This document shows, piece after piece, positions 16,631 through 24,714 of a stretch of DNA of 40,101 nucleotides. The position numbers and the translations under genes were made by a program. A model generated the notes under the pieces. It had not been told where the DNA came from, did not search any database, and saw only the letters and a program-made list of their open reading frames with translations. Position 1 is the first letter of the stretch; each line of letters opens with the position of its first letter. Source of the DNA: Flavobacteriales bacterium (GTDB lineage: Bacteria; Bacteroidota; Bacteroidia; Palsa-965); contig JBEIPA010000040.1 of assembly GCA_040377305.1 (NCBI GenBank), positions 1 to 40,101 on the forward strand. Reading direction: 5' to 3'.

Positions 16631-16821
16631 AATCTGCAAATCAGCATATCTGCAAATCAGCTAATCATTTTTTCGGCTCCGTTAGAAGTGGTGTCATTCC
16701 AAAGTCAACCAATCATTATCGAAAGTCCGACAAAGACATCAGTTACTAAACTGTAATTCAGCAAATCATTCTACCGCGTTACTTCCATATCTAGTGTCAT
16801 CGAAAATCAACTAATCATTTT
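16631..16821. repeat. Inverted 8-bp periodic block plus ~50-bp-spaced degenerate motifs upstream of the four-helix-bundle gene
   Basis: tgcaaatc agcatatc tgcaaatc agctaatc (16635-16666); TCANCNAATCATT-like motifs near 16657, 16705, 16758 and 16807. Confidence 0.75.
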
Positions 16822-16825
16822 TCAG

Positions 16826-16856
16826 TAAAGCCCGACGAGCACACCACTCGTCGGGC
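16826..16856 (-). terminator. Intrinsic terminator-like hairpin
   Basis: Minus strand GCCCGACGAG-N7-CTCGTCGGGC followed by TTTA (a short U-tract). Confidence 0.6.
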
Positions 16857-16948
16857 CGTGAAAGGCATACGACCTTTCTATAACCTCCGGGCAGAACGTG
16901 CTCCAGAGTGAACCACCATTTGGTCGTGGTCTGACCATACCATTATTC

Positions 16949-18163
16949 TTACTTCGCCTTATACCAATTCCGCGCATTGTACCCAAACGAAATTCCAACT
17001 CTCCATCCATCGCGTCCCGGTACTCCATAAACGTTAACAGGAATATTCATGTTCCCCGAACGGAATGTTTTTCCGACTGCAAAAATGAATGCTGAGTTTA
17101 GATAAAGATCACCTCGACTGTCTAACCGATTAATGAAGTTTGGATTTGCACCGTGCATGGTTGCATCATAATCGGAGCGACGAACCCATTCGTTGTTCAC
17201 ATAAAATCCTTCTTCGCGTGTGATGAGCGTAAACGTAGGACCAAATCCAACTTCCCATCCGTGACGATTCATTCGCATACCGTTCATGACCGTGAAACTT
17301 GGGATGAAAATCCCCTGATCAAGACCGGTTACCATTGGGATGAATTCGAACAAAGCCTGGAAGTCACCTGCTGCGAGATATTGCTTCTCGAATTGATAAC
17401 CAAACTGGAACATAATCGGTGCGGCATCAAATCCACCCTGATTTTTCGGTGCACTGATGATAGCTGCAGTTTTGTCCGTGAACACAGTCGCACCCATACG
17501 CGGTCCATCCAAACGAACACGTTCCGTTACCGGCACTCGTGCACGTGCATCATACGAATCGGGCTTGATCAGTTGCGATTTCACGTTCACATCAACGGGA
17601 CGACCAAACATTTCACGCAACATCACAGAAGTCATGGTTTGAATTTCATTCTGCATGTTTAAGAACTCAGTGACTTGAGTGATCTCAATTACTTCTGATT
17701 TCACATCAATCCAACGCATGGTGTAAATGATTGCATCGCCATATACTTCGATACTTCCGGTAAGCATTTTATCTGCGCTAAGCTGCTTGCCCAATTCCAC
17801 CAGACAGATCTTTCCGTAACAGTTGTTGATCTGAAGACCATTCTTCTGCAGGAGATAAGTAACATCATAGCGATCCATTACATCAAAAGTGTCGAGCTTT
17901 TCGAGCTCAAGCCGCACGAGATTTCCCATTTGCGTTGGATCATAGCCGACATTCTTCGCATCGAAATTGAGAACAACTGCTTTTTGCTTCGCCACATTTC
18001 CTTGTGGAGGAGTCTGTGGAGCTTGCGCATGCAACTTATTGAATGAAATAAATACCAATAAACAACCGAGTATAATAGCGATTAGCTTACCACCGATTCC
18101 ATCATCTGTTTTCATTTTGACTGAAGGATGAGCAGGTTGAGTATTTCTGTCTGTAGTTTTCAT
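16949..18163 (-). CDS. Hypothetical exported protein: CsgG/TolB-N-like domain plus a probable beta-barrel C-terminus
   Basis: Hydrophobic signal ending LHAQ; VLNFD...DVMDR...C...C.VELGKQL.ADKMLTGSI; alternating beta-strands ending VGISFGYN. Confidence 0.7.
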   Translation of the reverse strand: MKTTDRNTQPAHPSVKMKTDDGIGGKLIAIILGCLLVFISFNKLHAQAPQTPPQGNVAKQKAVVLNFDAKNVGYDPTQMGNLVRLELEKLDTFDVMDRYDVTYLLQKNGLQINNCYGKICLVELGKQLSADKMLTGSIEVYGDAIIYTMRWIDVKSEVIEITQVTEFLNMQNEIQTMTSVMLREMFGRPVDVNVKSQLIKPDSYDARARVPVTERVRLDGPRMGATVFTDKTAAIISAPKNQGGFDAAPIMFQFGYQFEKQYLAAGDFQALFEFIPMVTGLDQGIFIPSFTVMNGMRMNRHGWEVGFGPTFTLITREEGFYVNNEWVRRSDYDATMHGANPNFINRLDSRGDLYLNSAFIFAVGKTFRSGNMNIPVNVYGVPGRDGWRVGISFGYNARNWYKAK

Positions 18164-18216
18164 TTTGTTGATTATTTAGTGTGAATGGTTTTCTGTCCTG
18201 ATACTTTTTGAGATGA

Positions 18217-19284
18217 TTAAAGCTTAGTGTTTGAAAAGCGGTAAGCATAACCGAGAAATGGAACTGCAAAGAAATCCCCTTCTGAAATGTTGCCCATGGT
18301 CATTGCGGCAATGTCCCAGGAATGTTTTCCGCCACCAACGCGCATCCCCAGTGAAAGTTGTGGGTAATAGTAATCGCTTGTAGTTGATTCTCCGTTAGCG
18401 TATAAGTTGGTTTTCTGAATCGGGAATAAATAGTTCTCACTGATCACCGAGAAGTTGTCGCTGATACGCGCCATACCGCTAAAATTGATTATTGGTCGAC
18501 GTGTTGCTTCCCAACTATGATCATTCGAAACTGCTCCGTACCCAAGTGTCATTGTTGCATTCGTGTAACGATCACCGAATGTGATTGAACCAAAACCACA
18601 GCCTACACCAAGTCCAAGATCAAAGAATGTAGTGACGAACATTCCGCCTGCCGCAACGTGAACTTTATCGCTGATTTCGCGACCATATTTCAATGTGCCG
18701 TACATGCCAATCGGAAAAATGACACCACCGCCAATAGACCAGCGATCTGTGAGACCGTAGTGTGCACCGTTCATCAGGAAGTATACGTTCTGATAATAAC
18801 CTTCCCCTTTTTTCAATGGTAGAGCTGAAGGAGCAAAGAAGTAACGTGAACCGTGATCTGTACGTGCGAGAATTACTTCATTTTGTCCGTTGGAAAAATC
18901 GGCGATGTTTACATTCGTCAACGTGATGTTACCCAGTGTAGATGTGCGAACAACAATTGAAGTGGTGTTCTGCGCTTCAACTACACCGCGGTACTTCTTA
19001 CCCGATGTCATTGTAAACTGATATTCCAATCCCGTAACAACTACACGCAACACTTCAATGTTGGACTTAAGGATTGTAAGATCTCCCAAAACAGGGTCAG
19101 CCACTTTAACGGATTCATCATTCTGTGAAGTCAACATTCCGGATACACGCGTACCGTTAGTTAGTGTCACAATACAGAACTGCGATTCCATTACACTTGT
19201 CGTGTCTTGTGCATAGAACACGTGCGATGTGAGAATCAACACGAGTGTAAAGACTGCCTTGCTGATGATGTTCGACTTATTCAT
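18217..19284 (-). CDS. Hypothetical outer-membrane protein with two N-terminal Sm-like repeats
   Basis: Signal peptide; duplicated VTLTNGTRVSG...LGDLTI..SNI / FTMTSGKKYRG...LGNITL..VNI; beta-rich C-terminus ending FLGYAYRF. Confidence 0.7.
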   Translation of the reverse strand: MNKSNIISKAVFTLVLILTSHVFYAQDTTSVMESQFCIVTLTNGTRVSGMLTSQNDESVKVADPVLGDLTILKSNIEVLRVVVTGLEYQFTMTSGKKYRGVVEAQNTTSIVVRTSTLGNITLTNVNIADFSNGQNEVILARTDHGSRYFFAPSALPLKKGEGYYQNVYFLMNGAHYGLTDRWSIGGGVIFPIGMYGTLKYGREISDKVHVAAGGMFVTTFFDLGLGVGCGFGSITFGDRYTNATMTLGYGAVSNDHSWEATRRPIINFSGMARISDNFSVISENYLFPIQKTNLYANGESTTSDYYYPQLSLGMRVGGGKHSWDIAAMTMGNISEGDFFAVPFLGYAYRFSNTKL

Positions 19285-19312
19285 GGTGTTAGTTATTTAT
19301 TTGGTTCGGGAA

Positions 19313-19441
19313 CAAACATAGACCCATCAAAAGCGGGCGTGAAACGACAATTTGCGGCATAGCACCCTTTACACGCATGCAACGCCAAAACAGGTACTCC
19401 GCGATTAGGATATGATGGGGTTATTTGCGATTTTCGCAAAT
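19313..19441. promoter_or_regulatory. -7 box for the 19284 operon and a perfect palindromic operator candidate
   Basis: TATGTTTG on minus (19313-19320); ATTTGCGA-TTT-TCGCAAAT at 19423-19441. Confidence 0.6.
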
Positions 19442-19506
19442 GCCCGCTTGCTGACGGGACATATTGCAAGTATTAGAGACCCTATTAGCATAATCAATCA
19501 ATCGCC

Positions 19507-20523
19507 ATGAGTAACCCCGAACGCACTGTACAACAGGAGTTTATAACCAGATTGAAAGAAACGTTGCCAGCCAACAAATCGCTGGTCGACGAGCTTTCCG
19601 ACATTCTAAAGGTTAGTAACGACAGTGCTTATCGTCGTATTCGCGGGGAAACAGCGTTGACGATTGATGAAGTAAGCAGATTGTGTGCGCACTACAGAAT
19701 TCCTTTTGATCATTTCGCGCAAGGCGAGAGCGGAAAGAGTTCTGTTACGTTTCAGTACAATCACTTGTCTTCTGATTTTGTTCGCTTCGAAGAATATCTC
19801 TCCGGATTGATCGCACACATGGATGCGATCCGCAAAACAGAACCGAAAGAAATTATCTGGTGCGCAGAAGACGTTCCGATTTTTCACCATTTCCGTTTTC
19901 CGAAATTGTCTGCATTCAAATTGTTCTACTGGTCAAAATCAATTCTGAATGCACCGGAATACGAAGAGCATAAATTCAATCCGAATCTTATGCCGACTAC
20001 GGCTATGGAGAAAGTGAAAAAGATTTACGAGCTCTATACCAAGATTCCTTCAATCGAAATCTGGACCGAAGACACACTCAACAGTACGTTGAAACAAGTG
20101 GAGTACTATTCCGAATCCGGGTTGTTTGCTTCTGTGCACGACGCGAAAGACGTAGTTGACGAAATTGAAGCAATGATCAAGAGTCTTGAACGTCAGGTTG
20201 CAAAGAGTGTCAAGTTCAGCGGAGAAGCTCCCGCTGCAGGCGATAACGTTGAATTCAAATTGTACTATTCCGATCTCATGGTTGGAACCAACACGATACT
20301 CATCACTGCCGGCTCAAGCAAAGTGTGTTACTTGTCTATCAACACATTTAACTCCATGGCAACAACGAATCCCGGGTTTCACGAAGAGAACGATCGCTGG
20401 GTGAAAAACATTATGCGCAAGTCTATGCTCATTAGTGGAGTTTCGGAAAAGCAGCGCATGAAATTTTTCAAGTTGCTTTACGATAAAATTGCACAGACAC
20501 GTGCCAGGATCGAAGCGAACTAG
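19507..20523 (+). CDS. BetR/XRE-like HTH transcriptional regulator with a large C-terminal domain
   Basis: LVDELSDILKVSNDSAYRRIRGETALTIDEVSRLCAHYRIPFD N-terminal HTH. Confidence 0.82.
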   Translation: MSNPERTVQQEFITRLKETLPANKSLVDELSDILKVSNDSAYRRIRGETALTIDEVSRLCAHYRIPFDHFAQGESGKSSVTFQYNHLSSDFVRFEEYLSGLIAHMDAIRKTEPKEIIWCAEDVPIFHHFRFPKLSAFKLFYWSKSILNAPEYEEHKFNPNLMPTTAMEKVKKIYELYTKIPSIEIWTEDTLNSTLKQVEYYSESGLFASVHDAKDVVDEIEAMIKSLERQVAKSVKFSGEAPAAGDNVEFKLYYSDLMVGTNTILITAGSSKVCYLSINTFNSMATTNPGFHEENDRWVKNIMRKSMLISGVSEKQRMKFFKLLYDKIAQTRARIEAN

Positions 20524-20524
20524 C

Positions 20525-21295
20525 TTGAACGCAGATGACGTCCGGGATTTTCTCGAACGCAAGACCATTGAATTCAATCGGCCCGAATTTATTGCCGACG
20601 ATCCCATTTCCGTTCCGCATCTCTTTACACGAAAAGAAGATATAGAGATTGCAGGTTTTCTCGCAGCGACCATTGCGTGGGGACAACGTCCGACCATTGT
20701 AAAAAACGGGATGCGCATGATGCACGCCATGAGTCACTCCCCCTATGAATTTGTGATGAATGCCGGACAAAAAGATTTAAACAGAATTTCCTCTTTTGTA
20801 CATCGTACATTCAACGGCAAGGATTTTACAACCTTCATTCGCTGCTTGCGAAACCTATATACGAAACACGATGGAATGGAATCCGTTTTCACAAAAGCAC
20901 TGAAGCAGGAAAACAACATGATGGATGCGATTTCAGAATTCAAGCGCGCATTCTTCTCCGTACGACATGAACAGCGGACAGAAAAGCACGTTTCTGATCC
21001 GAAGAAGAATTCATCTGCAAAGCGAATCAATATGTTTCTGCGATGGATGGTGCGTAAAGATTCCAACGGCGTTGATTTTGGAATATGGAAATCGATCCCG
21101 ACTGCAGCGCTCATGATTCCGCTCGATGTGCATGTAGGCAACGTTGCACGCGAACTTCAGCTTTTACACCGAGCACAAGACGACCGAAAGGCGGTTGAAG
21201 AACTCACGAAAACGCTACGGCAATTTGATCCGCTCGACCCGGTTAAATACGACTTCGCCCTGTTTGGCGTGGGCATTTCATCAAACAAAAAGTAA
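20525..21295 (+). CDS. TIGR02757 (DUF2400) family protein
   Basis: FI.DDPISVPH, IAWGQR, FVHRTFN, SAKRINMFLRWMVR, PLDVH, DPVKYDFALFG; likely TTG start at 20525. Confidence 0.92.
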   Translation: MNADDVRDFLERKTIEFNRPEFIADDPISVPHLFTRKEDIEIAGFLAATIAWGQRPTIVKNGMRMMHAMSHSPYEFVMNAGQKDLNRISSFVHRTFNGKDFTTFIRCLRNLYTKHDGMESVFTKALKQENNMMDAISEFKRAFFSVRHEQRTEKHVSDPKKNSSAKRINMFLRWMVRKDSNGVDFGIWKSIPTAALMIPLDVHVGNVARELQLLHRAQDDRKAVEELTKTLRQFDPLDPVKYDFALFGVGISSNKK

Positions 21296-21304
21296 TTTCA
21301 CACA

Positions 21305-24220
21305 ATGAAGAACATTCTACTCTCCTGCTCTATTCTTTTATCCGCAGCATTGATTGCACAAAAACCTGTGCCCTCGGCGAAGGAACCTGTCGCAACAACT
21401 GCAGCAGAACGCACCAACGGACAGAAAGTGAAAAAAGAATCGGAAGCGAGATCGATTGTTGATGATCTTGAATTCCGCAACATTGGTCCAACAATTATGA
21501 GCGGTCGTGTTGTAGACATTGATGTGAATCCAATTGATCCAACTCACTTCTATGTTGCCTATGCGTCCGGAGGAGTTTGGTTCACAAACAACAATGGAAC
21601 AAGCTTTGAGCCGGTGTTTGATAATATGCACGAAGTAAACATTGGCGACATTGCCGTGGACTGGTCTGCGAAGCCAAATCCAACAATCTGGGTCGGAACA
21701 GGAGAATGTAATTCGTCGCGTTCATCGTATGCGGGAACCGGAATTTACAAAAGCACGAATGGTGGAAAATTCTGGGAATACAAAGGTCTTCCGGAATCAC
21801 ATCACATCGGGCAGATTCTCATTGACAAAAATGATCCGAATACCGTTTATTGCGCCGTGATCGGTCACTTGTTTTCGTTTAACCGCGATCGTGGACTTTA
21901 CAAAACAACAGACGGCGGTGCAACATGGAAACAAACGCTGTTCATTGACGAATCAACCGGTGTAATTGACGTTGTGCAGGATCTGAACGACAGCAAAATC
22001 ATCTATGCAATTGCCTGGCATCGTGAACGAAAAATTTTTGATTTCGTAGAGGGCGGCAAGAAATCCGGCATTTATAAAAGCACAAACGCCGGGGAAACTT
22101 TCACCCTACTCACCACTGCTGAAAGTGGATTCCCTGTGAACGACAACATCGGCAGAATTGGCCTCGCTATTTTTCCGGGCAACAGTAATGTGATGTACAC
22201 TATTGTCGATAATCAAGGACAAAAGGAAGTAAAGAAGACGGATGAAGGATTGTCGCCGAAGAATTTCCGTTCTATGACGACTGCCGAATTCCAGAAACTG
22301 GCCGATGAAGATTTGCAGAAGTATCTGAACGGTTTTGACTTTCCAAAAAAACACACGGCTGCGTCGGTAAAAAGTGATGTGCAAGCCGGAAAGTATTTAC
22401 CCGTTGCTCTTGCTGATTTCGTGGAAGATGGAAATGCTAATTTGTTTAACCGTCCCATTTTTGGCGCGCAAGTCTGGGCTTCAACTGATGGTGGTGCAAC
22501 CTGGAAACTGAACAGCGATGAAAAAATCAGTTCACTGTTTTATTCCTACGGTTATTACTTCGGAAAAATCTGGATTTCACCTTTCGATCAGAATGAACTT
22601 TTTATTGCCGGTGTTGGATTGCTGAATAGCAAAGACTCAGGCAAAACATGGAAAGCAATTGATGGAGATAATCAGCACGGAGATCATCATGCCATGTGGG
22701 TTTCTCCAACACGACGCGGACATTTGATCAACGGCAATGATGGCGGCATGAATATCAGCTGGGACAATGGAGCGCATTGGATCAAATGTAATACACCATC
22801 AGTCGGACAGTTTTACGGAATTGCCGTAGACAACGCGTCTCCATACAATGTATACGGTGGATTGCAGGACAACGGAGTTTGGTTTGGCCCAAGCAACGCT
22901 TACGAATCAACCGAGTGGCATGGAAGTGGTCAATATCCATGGAAGTTTATTCTTGGCGGAGATGGCATGCAGGTGCAAGTTGACACACGCGACAATAAAA
23001 CAGTTTACACCGGTTACCAGTTCGGACATTACTACCGCTTGAATACTGAAACCGGTGAAGAAAATTATGTACGTCCGCAAATGGAATTGGGCGACAAACC
23101 ACTTCGCTTCAGCTGGCAAACGCCAATCTGGTTGTCGAGTCACAACATGGATGTGCTGTACATGGGTTCAGAACGATTATTCCGCAGCATGGATCAGGGA
23201 ACTACGTTCACACCTATTTCCGGTGATCTTACTCGCGGTGGAAGAGTTGGTGATGTTCCATACGGTTGTCTTTCCACCATCAACGAATCGTCATTGAAGT
23301 TTGGCTTGATCTACACCGGCAGCGACGATGGATTGATTCACGTTACAAAAGACGGCGGTGCAACGTGGACAAGAATCTCCGACAATCTTCCTCAGCACAT
23401 GCGTGTAAGTCGCGTAATTGCATCTTCTCATGTTGAAGGACGCGTGTATGCAACGCTTTCAGGTTGTCAGTGGGATCATTTTAAACCATACGTGTACGTT
23501 TCAGAAAACTACGGCGCAACATGGAAACAGATTTTCACTGATTTGCCATGTGAAGCAGTGAACGTTGTTCGTGAAGATCCCGAAAATGAAAACCTGCTAT
23601 TCGTTGGAACAGACAACGGATTGTACTGCACAGTCAATCGCGGCACAACTTCCATGCGTATGTCGAATGGAATTCCTGCAGTTGCAGTTCACGATGTTGT
23701 GATTCAGTCGCGAGAACATGAACTTGTAGTTGGAACGCACGGTCGTTCAATTTACGTGGTTGACATTGAGGCGTTGGAGCTACTCAATGATCCGAATGCA
23801 ACTTTCTACGCCTACGAGCCGGGCTCCGCGAAAATCATGACACGTCCTGAAATAAATGAAGATGGTGACTACCGGGTTTACAACATTGCTTCCGTTCCAT
23901 TTGCGTGGTATGCAAAAGAACCAGGCACCGTAGAAATCCGGATTTCCACGAGCGATGATCTTGTGATCCAGACGAAAATGGATTCCTGCAAGAAAGGTGT
24001 GAACACATTTGAATTTGGAATCGCAATTGATTCCGCGAATGTGGCCGCGTATGAAAACTCGTTGGGCGATTCCAAAACCAAACCTCAGCCTTATGAGAAC
24101 GGAAAGAAACTTCCGCTTCCCGGAAAATACACAGTCACATTCACGTACAAATCACTAAGTGGTGCTGTTGCTGAAACGGAAACGAAGGAATTAACCCTCG
24201 TAAAAGGCGAATGGCGTTAA
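21305..24220 (+). CDS. VPS10/BNR-repeat beta-propeller protein (glycosyl hydrolase-like)
   Basis: FRNIGPTIMSGRV, repeated Asp-box (S/T)xDGGxTW motifs, GGLQDNG, GTHGRS, Ig-like C-terminus. Confidence 0.9.
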   Translation: MKNILLSCSILLSAALIAQKPVPSAKEPVATTAAERTNGQKVKKESEARSIVDDLEFRNIGPTIMSGRVVDIDVNPIDPTHFYVAYASGGVWFTNNNGTSFEPVFDNMHEVNIGDIAVDWSAKPNPTIWVGTGECNSSRSSYAGTGIYKSTNGGKFWEYKGLPESHHIGQILIDKNDPNTVYCAVIGHLFSFNRDRGLYKTTDGGATWKQTLFIDESTGVIDVVQDLNDSKIIYAIAWHRERKIFDFVEGGKKSGIYKSTNAGETFTLLTTAESGFPVNDNIGRIGLAIFPGNSNVMYTIVDNQGQKEVKKTDEGLSPKNFRSMTTAEFQKLADEDLQKYLNGFDFPKKHTAASVKSDVQAGKYLPVALADFVEDGNANLFNRPIFGAQVWASTDGGATWKLNSDEKISSLFYSYGYYFGKIWISPFDQNELFIAGVGLLNSKDSGKTWKAIDGDNQHGDHHAMWVSPTRRGHLINGNDGGMNISWDNGAHWIKCNTPSVGQFYGIAVDNASPYNVYGGLQDNGVWFGPSNAYESTEWHGSGQYPWKFILGGDGMQVQVDTRDNKTVYTGYQFGHYYRLNTETGEENYVRPQMELGDKPLRFSWQTPIWLSSHNMDVLYMGSERLFRSMDQGTTFTPISGDLTRGGRVGDVPYGCLSTINESSLKFGLIYTGSDDGLIHVTKDGGATWTRISDNLPQHMRVSRVIASSHVEGRVYATLSGCQWDHFKPYVYVSENYGATWKQIFTDLPCEAVNVVREDPENENLLFVGTDNGLYCTVNRGTTSMRMSNGIPAVAVHDVVIQSREHELVVGTHGRSIYVVDIEALELLNDPNATFYAYEPGSAKIMTRPEINEDGDYRVYNIASVPFAWYAKEPGTVEIRISTSDDLVIQTKMDSCKKGVNTFEFGIAIDSANVAAYENSLGDSKTKPQPYENGKKLPLPGKYTVTFTYKSLSGAVAETETKELTLVKGEWR

Positions 24221-24303
24221 CCTGAAATACTGCCGAAGGAAAAAGATTGACATGGAAGTCGTTTTGGTTTATATTCGTTAGGACAAACACTTAACGAAAA
24301 CCT

Positions 24304-24696
24304 ATGAACAGACTTTTACAACTTAGCCTTCTCGTGCTTTTCATTTTCAGCGCTTCATTACGCGCAGAAGAAGTACCGAAATTCATTTCAAAAATTCTTC
24401 CACCCGTTCCGGTTCTGATGACTGAGTCAGGCGGTGTGAAGGTTTCCTACATTACAGGAACCGTAAATGAGAACAATTCGTTCAGCCTGTGTTTTGAAAA
24501 CAAAACCGACAAGGCAATCAGCTTCACGTGGACGATCACAAACAAGGATGGAGATATGCTCGGAACCGCCCGAATGACGCTTGCACCTAAAAGCACGATC
24601 GATTATTCCAATGCGGGAGAAATGACTGAACTCCTGATCTATTCTGTCGATAATGATGGCAATCCGGCAGATTGTAACGTCGCTCTTGAATTCTAA
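24304..24696 (+). CDS. Hypothetical secreted protein
   Basis: Signal peptide, 130 aa; directly upstream of the Gly-rich T9SS gene. Confidence 0.7.
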   Translation: MNRLLQLSLLVLFIFSASLRAEEVPKFISKILPPVPVLMTESGGVKVSYITGTVNENNSFSLCFENKTDKAISFTWTITNKDGDMLGTARMTLAPKSTIDYSNAGEMTELLIYSVDNDGNPADCNVALEF

Positions 24697-24714
24697 CCCG
24701 CAAATATTCCAGTC

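Noticed and set aside
16676-16688. GCTCCGTTAGAAG as an extra copy of the tnpA-flanking REP
   Set aside because: Only a 10-bp exact match with a broken hairpin, which could be chance.
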